DNA of 64,000 nucleotides, from contig CAXXLV010000002.1 of the NCBI GenBank assembly GCA_963664305.2, positions 1,600,001 through 1,664,000 on the forward strand, written 5' to 3'. Both the position numbers and the translations under genes were made by a program. Shown here piece after piece: positions 52,840 to 63,464 of this stretch (its first letter is position 1; each line of letters begins with the position of its first letter). The notes beneath the pieces were generated by a model that saw only the letters and a program-made list of their open reading frames with translations, did no database searches and was not told the DNA's origin. Source of the DNA: an uncultured Aliarcobacter sp. GTDB taxonomy: Bacteria > Campylobacterota > Campylobacteria > Campylobacterales > Arcobacteraceae.

Positions 52840-53949
52840 ATGGGTGGATTAGCAGGTGTTACAGCTGGAAGTTCAGCAATTTGTACATGTGGATTAGGAA
52901 ATGGTTTAAATTATAGAGGATATGCAATTCAAGATTTAGCTTTAAAAGCAAATTTTGAAGAAGTAGCATATTTATTATTAGTTGGTGAATTACCAAATAA
53001 AGCTCAATTAAAAGATTTCACTAGAAAAATCATTGCAGGAAGAGAATTACCAATTTCTGTTAAAAATGTTTTAAAATCAATTCCAGCTTCTTCTCATCCA
53101 ATGGATGTTATGAAAACAGCTACTTCAGCTTTAGGTTGTGTTGAACCAGAAGCAGAAGATTTTTCTGACCAAATGGCTAAAATCATTAGATTATTAGGTG
53201 CTTTCCCATCATTTTTAGTTTACTGGCACCACTGGCACAAAAATGGTAAAGAAATCGAATTAAAATCTGAAGAAACTACAATTGCTGGTTATATCTTAGA
53301 AAGATTAAAAGAGACTAAACCATTAGCTGTTGAAGTAAAAGCTATGAACGCTATGTTAACTTTATATGCTGAGCACGAATTTAATGCATCTACTTTTGCA
53401 AACAGAATTACAGCTTCTACATTATCAGACATCTACTCTTGTATGACAACTGGTATTGGTACTTTAAAAGGTCACTTACATGGTGGAGCTAACGAAGTTG
53501 CTATCAAATTCGTATTACAATTCGACAATGTTGAGCATGCATTAAAATCAGTTGATGAATTATTTGCTAAAAAAGAAAAAATCATGGGATTCGGACACAG
53601 AGTATACAGAAATGTAGACCCAAGATCTCCAGTTGGATTTGAATTAGCAAACGAATTAAAAGAGTTAGAAACTTCTGACCCTAAATTATTTGATATTGCA
53701 AAAGCTATCAGAGACAAAGTAAAAGCTGAAAAAGGTTTACCAGATAATATCGACTTCTTCGGTGGATTAATTTACCACTACATGGAAATCGAAAGATTAT
53801 ACTATACACCATTATTCATTATGTCAAGAGCTGCTGGATGGGCTGCTCACGCATTTGAACAAAGAGCAAACAACAGAATTATCAGACCAAGTTCAGAGTA
53901 TACTGGACCAGAGCCAAGAGAATTCGTTCCTATGGAAGATAGAAAATAA
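52840..53949 (+). CDS. prpC: 2-methylcitrate synthase
   Basis: LYAEHEFNASTF, LHGGANE, MGFGHRVY; between prpB and acnD. Confidence 0.94.
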   Translation: MGGLAGVTAGSSAICTCGLGNGLNYRGYAIQDLALKANFEEVAYLLLVGELPNKAQLKDFTRKIIAGRELPISVKNVLKSIPASSHPMDVMKTATSALGCVEPEAEDFSDQMAKIIRLLGAFPSFLVYWHHWHKNGKEIELKSEETTIAGYILERLKETKPLAVEVKAMNAMLTLYAEHEFNASTFANRITASTLSDIYSCMTTGIGTLKGHLHGGANEVAIKFVLQFDNVEHALKSVDELFAKKEKIMGFGHRVYRNVDPRSPVGFELANELKELETSDPKLFDIAKAIRDKVKAEKGLPDNIDFFGGLIYHYMEIERLYYTPLFIMSRAAGWAAHAFEQRANNRIIRPSSEYTGPEPREFVPMEDRK

Positions 53950-54057
53950 TTCTATTTTTAAATTCAAACTTTCAAGTTAAGCTTTAAAAGCTTACTTGAA
54001 AATTGGTGGGCATTTGCCCAAATTCCCATAAAACTATATTAATACGGATATAAAAAT

Positions 54058-56655
54058 ATGACAAACGAAAAATATCTTAAAGACCTTCCAGGTGTTGATG
54101 GTGTTAAGTATTATGATGTTAAATCTGCAGTAGAAGATATCACTGCTGGTTCATTTGCAAAACTTAACTACACTTCAAGAGTATTAGCAGAAAACTTATT
54201 AAGAAAATGTCCTTCTGAAGATTTAAAAGATTCATTAGTACAATTAATTGAAAAAAGAACAGACAAAGATTTCCCTTGGTATCCATCAAGAGTTATTTGT
54301 CACGATATCTTAGGTTTAACTGCATTTGTTGACTTAGCAGGATTAAGAGAAGCTGTTGCTTCAAAAGGTGGAGACCCACTAAAAGTAAATCCAGTAGTAC
54401 CTACTCAATTAATCGTTGACCACTCATTAGCAGTTGAGTGTGGTGGATTTGATCCAGATGCATTCCAAAAAAATAGAGATATCGAAGATAGAAGAAATGC
54501 AGATAGATTCCACTTTATTAACTGGACTAAAGAAGCATTTAATAACGTTGATGTTATTCCTCCAGGTAACGGTATTATGCACCAAATCAACCTTGAGAAA
54601 ATGTCTCCAGTTGTTCACTTAAATGATGGTATTGCATCTCCTGATACATTAGTTGGAACTGACTCACATACTCCTCACGTTGATGCACTTGGTGTTATCG
54701 CTGTTGGTGTTGGTGGATTAGAAGCTGAAAACGTAATGCTTGGAAATCCTTCTTATATGAGGGTTCCTGAAATCATTGGTGTTGAAATCGTAGGAACAAG
54801 AGCTCCTGGAATTACAGCTACTGATATTGCATTATCATTAACTTCTTTCTTAAGAGAAAACAACGTAATTTCTGCATACTTAGAATTCTATGGTTCAGGA
54901 ATCAAATACCTTAACTTAGGTGATAGAGCTACTATTGCAAATATGACTCCTGAATATGGTGCAAGTGCAGGTATGTTCGCTATTGATGACCAAACTATTT
55001 CTTATTTAAGAGTAACAGGTAGAGAAGAAAAACAATGTCAATTAGTTGAAGCTTATGCTAAAGCTAATGGTTTATGGGCAGATGCTTTTGCAGAAGCTAC
55101 ATATGCTAGAACTTTAAAATTTGATTTAACATCAGTTTCAAGATCTTTAGCTGGACCTTCTAAACCACATAAATTAGTACCAACTTCTACTTTAAAAGCT
55201 GAAGGTATTGTAAAAGAGTGGAAACAAGATGGTGATAAAATTCCAGATGGTGGTATTTTAATTGCTGCTATTACTTCTTGTACAAATACTTCAAACCCAA
55301 GAAACGTTATTGCTGCTGGTTTAGTAGCTAAAAAAGCTAACGAACTTGGATTAACAAGAAAACCATGGGTTAAATCTTCATTAGCACCAGGTTCAAAAGT
55401 AATTGAAGTTTATTTAAAAGAAGCTGGATTATTACCTGAATTAGAAAAATTAGGATTCGGTGTAGTTGGTTTTGCATGTACTACTTGTAACGGTATGTCA
55501 GGTGCTTTAGATCCAAAAATCCAACAAGAAGTTATTGATAGAGATATCTATTCAACAGCTGTATTATCTGGAAACAGAAACTTTGATGGAAGAATCCACC
55601 CATACGTAAAAGAAGCATTCTTAGCATCTCCTGCATTAGTTGTTGCATACGCATTAGCTGGAACTGTAAGATTTGATATTGAAAATGATTCTTTAGGTAA
55701 AGATGCTAATGGTAAAGATATTAAATTAGCTGATTTATGGCCAACAGATGCTGAAATTGATGCAATTGAGAAAGAGTATGTAAGACCAGAGATGTATAAA
55801 GCTATTTATGATCCAATGTTTGCAAGAAATGGATTAACTGGAACATCAGCATCTCCATTCTACAAATGGAATACTCAATCAACATATATTAACAAACCTC
55901 CTTATTGGGAAGATGAATATATGCAAATGCCAGCATTAAAAAATATGAGACCATTAGGGGTATTCCCAGATAATATCACTACTGACCACTTATCTCCATC
56001 TAATGCGATTTTACCAACGTCTGCGTCTGGTGAATATTGTTTAAAAATGGGATTACCAGTAGAAGACTTAAACTCTTATGCAACACATAGAGGGGATCAC
56101 CATACAGCTTCAAGAGCTACTTTAGCTAACCCTAAATTATTTAACGAAATGGTTAAAAAAGAAGATGGTTCAGTTAAACAAGGTTCTTTAACAAAAATTA
56201 TGCCTGAAGGTAAAGAATCTAGAATGTGGGAAGCTATAGAAGAGTACACAAATAGAAAACAACCTTTAATCATCATTGCTGGAACTAACTATGGTCAAGG
56301 GTCTTCTAGAGACTGGGCTGCAAAAGGTGTAAGACTTGCAGGTGTTGAAGTTTTAATTGCTGAGTCAATTGAAAGAATTCACAGAACTAACTTAGTTGGA
56401 ATGGGTGTATTACCATTACAATTCAAAGATGGTGACACAAGACATACTTATGCAATCGATGGATCTGAAACTTTTGACATCGAAGGTGAAATCACTCCAA
56501 GATGTGACTTAACTGTTGTTATGACAAGAGCAAATGGTGAAGTTGTTAAATTCCCTGTAACTTGTAGATTAGATACTTCTGCTGAAGTTGATGTTTACAA
56601 AAATGGTGGAATCTTACAAAAATTCGCTAAAGATGTTATTGCATCTTCAAAATAA
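54058..56655 (+). CDS. acnD: Fe/S-dependent 2-methylisocitrate dehydratase
   Basis: CHDILG, GTDSHT, AITSCTNTSNP, ACTTCNGMSG; followed by prpF. Confidence 0.95.
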   Translation: MTNEKYLKDLPGVDGVKYYDVKSAVEDITAGSFAKLNYTSRVLAENLLRKCPSEDLKDSLVQLIEKRTDKDFPWYPSRVICHDILGLTAFVDLAGLREAVASKGGDPLKVNPVVPTQLIVDHSLAVECGGFDPDAFQKNRDIEDRRNADRFHFINWTKEAFNNVDVIPPGNGIMHQINLEKMSPVVHLNDGIASPDTLVGTDSHTPHVDALGVIAVGVGGLEAENVMLGNPSYMRVPEIIGVEIVGTRAPGITATDIALSLTSFLRENNVISAYLEFYGSGIKYLNLGDRATIANMTPEYGASAGMFAIDDQTISYLRVTGREEKQCQLVEAYAKANGLWADAFAEATYARTLKFDLTSVSRSLAGPSKPHKLVPTSTLKAEGIVKEWKQDGDKIPDGGILIAAITSCTNTSNPRNVIAAGLVAKKANELGLTRKPWVKSSLAPGSKVIEVYLKEAGLLPELEKLGFGVVGFACTTCNGMSGALDPKIQQEVIDRDIYSTAVLSGNRNFDGRIHPYVKEAFLASPALVVAYALAGTVRFDIENDSLGKDANGKDIKLADLWPTDAEIDAIEKEYVRPEMYKAIYDPMFARNGLTGTSASPFYKWNTQSTYINKPPYWEDEYMQMPALKNMRPLGVFPDNITTDHLSPSNAILPTSASGEYCLKMGLPVEDLNSYATHRGDHHTASRATLANPKLFNEMVKKEDGSVKQGSLTKIMPEGKESRMWEAIEEYTNRKQPLIIIAGTNYGQGSSRDWAAKGVRLAGVEVLIAESIERIHRTNLVGMGVLPLQFKDGDTRHTYAIDGSETFDIEGEITPRCDLTVVMTRANGEVVKFPVTCRLDTSAEVDVYKNGGILQKFAKDVIASSK

Positions 56656-56663
56656 TTAAATAT

Positions 56664-56691
56664 CTAAAAAGCATCTTATGATGCTTTTTAG
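56664..56691 (+). terminator. Hairpin after acnD (12-bp stem)
   Basis: CTAAAAAGCATC-ttat-GATGCTTTTTAG. Confidence 0.6.
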
Positions 56692-56760
56692 TTCTAAAAC
56701 TTAACTAGAGAAATCAAAGATTTTTTTATTTAATTTTTAAAATTTAAAAAGGAGAAACGA

Positions 56761-57936
56761 ATGGCATATCAACCACAATTTAAAGTTAAAGCTACATATA
56801 TGAGAGGTGGTACTTCAAAAGGAACATTCTTTAATATTGCAGATTTACCAAAAGAAGCACAAGAAGATTCAAGAAAAAGAGATAAATTATTACAAAGAAT
56901 CGTAGGTTCTCCAGACGTTTATAAACAACAAATGGATGGAATGGGAGGAGCAACTTCAAGTACATCTAAAGCTATTTTAGTTGGAAAATCAACTGTTCCA
57001 AATCATGATGTAGATTACTATTTCTGTCAAGTTGCAATTGATAAAGATTTCGTTGATATGAGTGGAAACTGTGGTAATTTAAGTTCTGCAGTTGGACCTT
57101 TTGCTATTAAAGAAGGATTAGTTGATAATGTACCTGAAAATGGTGTTTGTTGTGTAAGAATTTGGCAAGCAAATATCAAAAAAACTATTTTATGTTATGT
57201 AAAAATGGAAAATGGAATGGTTAAAGAAATGGGAGATTACTATATTGATGGTGTTGCTTTCCCAGCTGAAGAAATCGTTTTAGAATTTGCTGAGCCTGTT
57301 GATCCAAGTGAAGAATTATTCCCAACTGGAAATTTAGTAGATGATTTAGAAGTTCCAGGAATTGGTACATTTAAAGCAACTATGATTACTGCAGGAATTC
57401 CAACTTGTTTTGTTAACGCTGCTGATATTGGATATAAAGGAACTGAGCTTCAAGTTGATATCAATAATGATGCTGAAGCACTTGCTAGATTTGAAGTTAT
57501 TAGATCTTATGCTGCATTAAAAATGGGATTAATTTCTGATTTAAAAGAAGCAGAAACAAGACAACACACTCCAAAAATTGCTTTTGTTGCTCCTAAATCT
57601 GATTTTACTACTTCAAGTGGTAAAGAAGTTAAAGCAGATGAAATAGATTTACATGTAAGAGCATTATCTATGCAAAAATTACACCACGCTATGATGGGAA
57701 CTGCTTCAGTTGCTATTGGTGTTGCTGCTTGTATTCCAGGAACTTTAGTAAACTTAGCTGCTGGTGGTGGAGAAAAAACTGCTGTTGAATTTGGTCACCC
57801 ATCAGGAACTTTAAAAGTTGGTGCAGTTATTAAAGAAGAAAATGGAAAATTTGTTGTTGATAAAGCAACAATGAGTAGAAGTGCAAGAATAATTATGGAA
57901 GGTTATGTTCACGTTCCAGCAGGAACAATGGAATAA
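56761..57936 (+). CDS. prpF: 2-methylaconitate cis-trans isomerase
   Basis: YMRGGTSKG, GNCGNL, HHAMMGT, GHPSG. Confidence 0.96.
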   Translation: MAYQPQFKVKATYMRGGTSKGTFFNIADLPKEAQEDSRKRDKLLQRIVGSPDVYKQQMDGMGGATSSTSKAILVGKSTVPNHDVDYYFCQVAIDKDFVDMSGNCGNLSSAVGPFAIKEGLVDNVPENGVCCVRIWQANIKKTILCYVKMENGMVKEMGDYYIDGVAFPAEEIVLEFAEPVDPSEELFPTGNLVDDLEVPGIGTFKATMITAGIPTCFVNAADIGYKGTELQVDINNDAEALARFEVIRSYAALKMGLISDLKEAETRQHTPKIAFVAPKSDFTTSSGKEVKADEIDLHVRALSMQKLHHAMMGTASVAIGVAACIPGTLVNLAAGGGEKTAVEFGHPSGTLKVGAVIKEENGKFVVDKATMSRSARIIMEGYVHVPAGTME

Positions 57937-57967
57937 TAATTATTAATTAGTTATTTTTATTAGAAAT

Positions 57968-57998
57968 AAGGTTTAGAAGTAATTTCTAAACCTTTTTT
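57968..57998 (+). terminator. Rho-independent terminator of the prp operon
   Basis: AAGGTTTAGAA-gtaat-TTCTAAACCTT followed by a T tract. Confidence 0.8.
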
Positions 57999-58053
57999 AT
58001 TTCCTATTAAACATTTTATGATAACATACCAAAAAAAATTTATGGAGTAAATA

Positions 58054-59058
58054 TTGGATAAACAATTCAAATTCAATCCATATGAAGCCCTTAAATCTAT
58101 TCTTGAAATCACTTCATATCATACTGGTGATGAGTTTATTGAACATACTGCAATAGAGATAAAAAAACTTTTCCAAGCAGATTTAGTTTATATTACAAAA
58201 GCTATTGATTTTAATCCAACAACACAAGTCGAAGTAATATATTCAACAAATAATAAAGTTCCAAAAATTATTGACCTAAATGGTATTCCTGGTAAATTTG
58301 TATTTGATAATAAAATTATAAAAATTAAAGAACATGTAAAATACAATTTTTTAGATTTATTAGAAGAAAAGTTTGAAAGTTTTTATGGAATACCAATTAC
58401 TGATGTGAAACAAAATTGCATAGGACATATTGCGATATATTCTTGTAAAATTAGAGAATTACCAAGTGAATTGGATGATATAGCTTTAATTTATTCAAGA
58501 AAAATTGAAAGAGAATTAAGAAGAGTTGCTTTAGAAAATGAAAATTTTCTTATTAGAAAACAATTAGAAGAATTAACTATTACAGATACTCTTACTAATT
58601 TATATAATCGAAGATATTTTGGAAAAGTATGTTCTAATGTTTTTGCCCAGATTAAAAGAGATTTTTTACAAGCAACTTTGGCTTATATAGATATTGATAA
58701 TTTTAAAAGCATAAATGACAAATTTGGACATGATGGTGGAGATTTTGTTCTTAAGTATTTTGCAGATATTTTACTTGAAGAATCAAGAAAAGGTATAGAT
58801 TTTATTTTCAGACTTGGTGGAGAAGAATTCTGTATTATTAGTATAAATACTCCATTAAATTATGCAACAGAATATTTAGAAAGAATTATGAAAACAACAT
58901 CAAATAGATTTTCAAAAACAAAATTTGGTGAAATAACTCTAAGTATAGGATTAGTTGAATTTGATAAAAAATTTGACTCTTATGAAGAGATACTTAGTCT
59001 TGCAGATAAAAAAATGTATACAGCTAAAAATGAAGGAAAAAACTCTATAGTAAAATAG
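58054..59058 (+). CDS. Diguanylate cyclase with N-terminal GAF-like domain
   Basis: ESFYGIPI...IGHIAI GAF-like segment; DIDNFK, GGEEF; TTG start after GGAG. Confidence 0.88.
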   Translation: MDKQFKFNPYEALKSILEITSYHTGDEFIEHTAIEIKKLFQADLVYITKAIDFNPTTQVEVIYSTNNKVPKIIDLNGIPGKFVFDNKIIKIKEHVKYNFLDLLEEKFESFYGIPITDVKQNCIGHIAIYSCKIRELPSELDDIALIYSRKIERELRRVALENENFLIRKQLEELTITDTLTNLYNRRYFGKVCSNVFAQIKRDFLQATLAYIDIDNFKSINDKFGHDGGDFVLKYFADILLEESRKGIDFIFRLGGEEFCIISINTPLNYATEYLERIMKTTSNRFSKTKFGEITLSIGLVEFDKKFDSYEEILSLADKKMYTAKNEGKNSIVK

Positions 59059-59064
59059 AAAATT

Positions 59065-59607
59065 CTATTTTACTAAGTTTGAAATCTCTTTAAAACAAGG
59101 ATTTTTTGCATTTAAAGTTAATTCAAATAATAAAGATTCATAAGTCGTTGGGATAACTCCTGCTTGAATCAATCTTTGTAGAGCTATATCAGTATCTCTT
59201 TGTTTTCTAGAGCTACAACAATCAGTTACTAAAACAACTTCTAATCCAGCTTCTATTAAATCAATACAAGTTTGTAAAACACAAACATGCGTTTCAATTC
59301 CTGCAACAATAACTACTTTTTTATCAGCAGCTTTAATTGCCTCCATTGTTGGTTCATTTTGACAACATGAAAAAGTAGTTTTTTCAAATGATGGATAACT
59401 ATCAACCAATTCTTTTAAAGAAGGAATTGTTTCACCTATTCCTTTTTTATATTGTTCATTTACAATAAATGGAACATTTAAAGCTTTTAAACCTTTTACT
59501 AAAATTAGTAAATTTTTTTCTAATTCTTCTTTATTTGAAATGTGTGGAAATAATTTTTCTTGAACATCAACCAAACAAAAAAGTGCATCTTCGACATTTA
59601 TTCTCAT
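59065..59607 (-). CDS. Isochorismatase-family hydrolase
   Basis: VDVQEKL, EKTTFSC, GIETHVCVLQT. Confidence 0.92.
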   Translation of the reverse strand: MRINVEDALFCLVDVQEKLFPHISNKEELEKNLLILVKGLKALNVPFIVNEQYKKGIGETIPSLKELVDSYPSFEKTTFSCCQNEPTMEAIKAADKKVVIVAGIETHVCVLQTCIDLIEAGLEVVLVTDCCSSRKQRDTDIALQRLIQAGVIPTTYESLLFELTLNAKNPCFKEISNLVK

Positions 59608-59649
59608 TTTATCTCTCCTTAAAATGGTAAAAAATATTCTACAATTCTT

Positions 59650-60588
59650 TTATTTAAAAGCTGTTTTTTCTGCTCTTTCTAATAAATCTTTAGCACCTTG
59701 GTCTATAAAAGTTTGAGCTAAATTTAGCCCTACTTTTTCGAAATCTTTAATATCAGCAGTTATATCTTCACTTAAATATTCACTACCATCAGGCATTCCA
59801 ACGATTGCTTGAACTCTAATAGAATTTTCATCAATGATTGTTGCTTTTACACCTATTGGAACTTGACAACCACCTTGTAATGTATCTACAAAACTTCGCT
59901 CAATTGTTGATTCAATATGAGCATTTTCATCATTTAATACTTTTACAATTTCTAATACTTTTGGGTCATTTGTTGTTTCAATTCCAAGTGTTGCTTGTCC
60001 CATAGAAGGAATCATAACGTCAGTTGAAATTGGATTAAAATATTTAACTTCATTTTCAATTTTTAATTTTTGAATACCAGTTGCTGCTAAGATAATTGCA
60101 TCATATTCGCCTGCATTTAATTTAGCGATTCTAGTATTTATATTTCCTCTTAAATCTTTAAGTACGATATCTGGTCTTAAGATTTTTAAAGCCATTCTTC
60201 TTCTTAAACTTGTAGTTCCTACAACTGCACCTTGAGGTAATTCTTCAATTGAACTATATTTATTACTCAAAATCGCATCTCTTGGGTCAAATCTTTTAGT
60301 AACAGCAGCAAGCATCAAACCATCTTCAAATTGTGTTGGTACATCTTTTAACGAATGAACTGCAAGATGTGCACTTCCTTCTAACATTGCAACTTCTAAC
60401 TCTTTTGTAAATAGTCCTTTACCACCAATTTTAGCTAAAGGAACATCTAATATTTTATCTCCCTTTGTTACAAATTCTTGTAATTCAATTTGCATATCAG
60501 GATAGTGTTCTAAAAGTAGTGATTTTACATATTCACTTTGCCAAAGAGCTAATTGACTTCTTCTTGTTGCTATTACTAATTTTTCCAT
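59650..60588 (-). CDS. hemC: Hydroxymethylbilane synthase
   Basis: ATRRSQLALWQ, GGKGLFTKELE, VHSLKD, GTTSLRR, GGCQVP. Confidence 0.98.
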   Translation of the reverse strand: MEKLVIATRRSQLALWQSEYVKSLLLEHYPDMQIELQEFVTKGDKILDVPLAKIGGKGLFTKELEVAMLEGSAHLAVHSLKDVPTQFEDGLMLAAVTKRFDPRDAILSNKYSSIEELPQGAVVGTTSLRRRMALKILRPDIVLKDLRGNINTRIAKLNAGEYDAIILAATGIQKLKIENEVKYFNPISTDVMIPSMGQATLGIETTNDPKVLEIVKVLNDENAHIESTIERSFVDTLQGGCQVPIGVKATIIDENSIRVQAIVGMPDGSEYLSEDITADIKDFEKVGLNLAQTFIDQGAKDLLERAEKTAFK

Positions 60589-60607
60589 ATTACCTTCTTA
60601 ATAAAAT

Positions 60608-61441
60608 TTATTTTTTCCCTAAAGTTTCATATTTTTGTCTTGAAGAATCTTTCACTCCATTTATAAAAATAGTTGGTGTCCCTTGAACCATAACTTCTTC
60701 ACCCATTGCAATATCTTTTTGAAGTTTTTCGTTTAATTCTTTTGTATTAATCTCTTCAAGTTTAATATCTGTTTTAAACTCTTTATTAAACGCTTCTAAG
60801 ATTTTTTTCTCATCAGTTGATTTTGCTGTAAAATATGGTTCCCAATCAATTTTGTAAGTTTTTAACTCAACATCTTTTATTCCTTTATGTTTTGCAACTT
60901 CAATAATTTTTGCTAAAGGTGCAGCTGCTGGATGTAATCCAATTAATGGGAAATGATAATAATATAAAGCTACACTATCACTATTTTTATTTACAAAATT
61001 TATAACCTCAGGAACATAATCTATACAAAATGGACATAAAGGATCAGAGAAAATTACAATCTTATCTTTTGCATTTGGATTTCCTGCAATTATTTTTGAT
61101 TTATCATAATATTTATCAGTTAAGTTTGGAGTAACTAAATCTTTTAATGATTTTCCAGTTTTTGCATCAAGTAACTCTAAAGATACATATTTACCATCAC
61201 TAAAAATTATATCTTTTACGTTTACTTCTTTACCTTGAACATTTGCTTTTACATCTAATATATAACCATTCCAACCACTTAAAGGTAACTCTTTTTTCGT
61301 GTTTACTTTTATATCAATAACTTTTACATTTGGATTTTGAGATACTCTTGTTTTTTCGAATTCAACAACAACATCATCATTTGCAAATAATGAAGCTGAT
61401 AATAAAATACTTAGAGATAATATTTTTGAAAGTTTATTCAT
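60608..61441 (-). CDS. Periplasmic thioredoxin-fold (DsbA/DsbC-like) protein
   Basis: Signal peptide, FSDPLCPFC, GTPTIFING. Confidence 0.88.
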   Translation of the reverse strand: MNKLSKILSLSILLSASLFANDDVVVEFEKTRVSQNPNVKVIDIKVNTKKELPLSGWNGYILDVKANVQGKEVNVKDIIFSDGKYVSLELLDAKTGKSLKDLVTPNLTDKYYDKSKIIAGNPNAKDKIVIFSDPLCPFCIDYVPEVINFVNKNSDSVALYYYHFPLIGLHPAAAPLAKIIEVAKHKGIKDVELKTYKIDWEPYFTAKSTDEKKILEAFNKEFKTDIKLEEINTKELNEKLQKDIAMGEEVMVQGTPTIFINGVKDSSRQKYETLGKK

Positions 61442-61508
61442 TTATTTTTTTCCTTTTTTAAAGCTTTGCGCTAGTCTATCTATTTTATATTAATCAAAAG
61501 TTAATATT

Positions 61509-63464
61509 TTAACTTCTTGTTTTTACTGTAATCTTTTTAATATCAAATAACTCTTTTGCTTTATCTAACATCTTTGAATTTAATAAATCATTTAATTCTA
61601 ACTCTTTTTGAGATGGCGTTACAACTGAACTTTTTGTCATATCTGCCACACAACCTGCACTCATTTCAATAGATTCTAACATTGAACTTGTTTCTTCAAC
61701 ATCTAAACTATTTTCTTCTAAAGTCTCTTTTTGCTCAACTATTTCTTCTTTTTCATTTGTTGTTTCTAGTACGGAGGGTTCTTCCTTTTTAAAATCTAGT
61801 TCAACATCATTTCCAAAGATGTCTTGGGCAAAAGTTTTTATAATTCCAAAATGTTTATATAAAAGCTTTCTATCTTCATCTTGTGCATAAGAGATAATAT
61901 GAAGTTTATTATTTTCAAATCCATTAAATATAAAATTCTTTTCAAAACATTCACCTAAAGCATAATCTCTATCATATACTTTTGCAGTTAATTGGTCATA
62001 TAAATCATTTTTTTCATATACTTCTTCCTCTTCTTCAAAAGGAACAACTTCAATTTCTTGAGAACTATTTACAAAAACTTGTTCTTCATAAACTATAGGT
62101 TCAATTTCTAGCTCTTTTACTTCTTCAACTTTTTCTTCTTCAACTAAAATTCTAGCTGGTTTTTCCATATCAAGCTCATCAAATGGTGTTGCATAATGAA
62201 CTGTTTCAATTGAATCAGTTATTCCTAAATCAACAATATTATTTGTTTGAACTAATACTTCATCAAATGGTGTAACTTCTTCTATTCTAGTCTCTTCTTC
62301 AATAATAAGAGTTTTTTCTTCAACTTTTTGTATAACTGGTTTTTCCACAACTTTTTCTACAACAGTTCTTTCAACTATCACTTCTTTTTTAGGCTCAATT
62401 TTTTCAACTTGATTTATAATATCATCTATTGATCTTAAATTTGTTGCTTCAATCATTTTCATAAATGTTAAAATTAATACAAAAGTTCCATCACTATTAA
62501 TTGCTAATAGATGTTTTGCATCACTTAAAATTCTAAAAAATCTGTCAAATAAAAGTAAATCAAATCTTCTATCTTTTGAAATCATTTTATCTTTTAAATA
62601 AATTGTCATTTCATCACATATTTGAGAGACTTCATAGATTTCTAACTCTTTGATAATATCATTTACATCACCTTTATTTAAAATGATTGAAAAAATATTA
62701 TCCATAAGTTTTGGGTCAATAAGTCCTAACATATCAACAACACTTGTTGTGTTTACTTTTCCCTTTGAAAAAATTATAGCTTGGTCAAGAAGTGTTAAAG
62801 TATCTCTTAAACTTCCTTGTCCACTTCTTGCAAGTATTTCTAATGCATCTTTTTCAAAATCAATATTTTCTTCATTTAAAATATGTGATAAATGGTGAAT
62901 TACATCACTTTGAGCAATTTTATTAAATCTAAAATGTTGTGTTCTACTTAAAATTGTTGCAGGAAGTTTTAGTGGGTCTGTTGTTGCTAAAATAAATTTT
63001 ACAAATCCAGGAGGTTCTTCTAAAGTTTTTAATAAAGCATTAAAAGCTTGAGTTGTAAGCATATGAACTTCATCGATGATAAATACTTTAAATCTAGCGC
63101 TACTTGGTTTATATTTTGTATGTTCAATTAAATCTTTAATATCATCAATACCTCTATTTGAAGCGGCATCCATTTCAATAATATCAAGATGTCTATTTGA
63201 ATTTGCACTAATACAATTTGGACAAACTTCACAAGGTTTTGATGTAGGTCCATTTGAACATAAAAGTGCTTTTGCCATAATTCTGGCAGTTGATGTTTTT
63301 CCTGAACCTCTAAGTCCTGAAAAAAGATATGCATGTGATAATCTATTTAAATCTAAAGCTAAAGATAAAGTTTGAGAAACTGTACTTTGCCCAACTAAAT
63401 CCTCAAATCTTTGAGGTCTATATTTTAAAGCTAAAACTTTATCTTCTAAATTTTCTTTATTCAT
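61509..63464 (-). CDS. dnaX: DNA polymerase III subunit gamma/tau
   Basis: LALKYRP, GLRGSGKT, Zn-binding Cys, IIDEVHML, LKTLEEPP. Confidence 0.97.
   Translation of the reverse strand: MNKENLEDKVLALKYRPQRFEDLVGQSTVSQTLSLALDLNRLSHAYLFSGLRGSGKTSTARIMAKALLCSNGPTSKPCEVCPNCISANSNRHLDIIEMDAASNRGIDDIKDLIEHTKYKPSSARFKVFIIDEVHMLTTQAFNALLKTLEEPPGFVKFILATTDPLKLPATILSRTQHFRFNKIAQSDVIHHLSHILNEENIDFEKDALEILARSGQGSLRDTLTLLDQAIIFSKGKVNTTSVVDMLGLIDPKLMDNIFSIILNKGDVNDIIKELEIYEVSQICDEMTIYLKDKMISKDRRFDLLLFDRFFRILSDAKHLLAINSDGTFVLILTFMKMIEATNLRSIDDIINQVEKIEPKKEVIVERTVVEKVVEKPVIQKVEEKTLIIEEETRIEEVTPFDEVLVQTNNIVDLGITDSIETVHYATPFDELDMEKPARILVEEEKVEEVKELEIEPIVYEEQVFVNSSQEIEVVPFEEEEEVYEKNDLYDQLTAKVYDRDYALGECFEKNFIFNGFENNKLHIISYAQDEDRKLLYKHFGIIKTFAQDIFGNDVELDFKKEEPSVLETTNEKEEIVEQKETLEENSLDVEETSSMLESIEMSAGCVADMTKSSVVTPSQKELELNDLLNSKMLDKAKELFDIKKITVKTRS

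Noticed and set aside
62384..62391. AAAAAAG in dnaX as a programmed -1 frameshift site
   Set aside because: Phase is T-AAA-AAA-G rather than A-AAA-AAG, no clear downstream hairpin, and such runs are common in AT-rich DNA.
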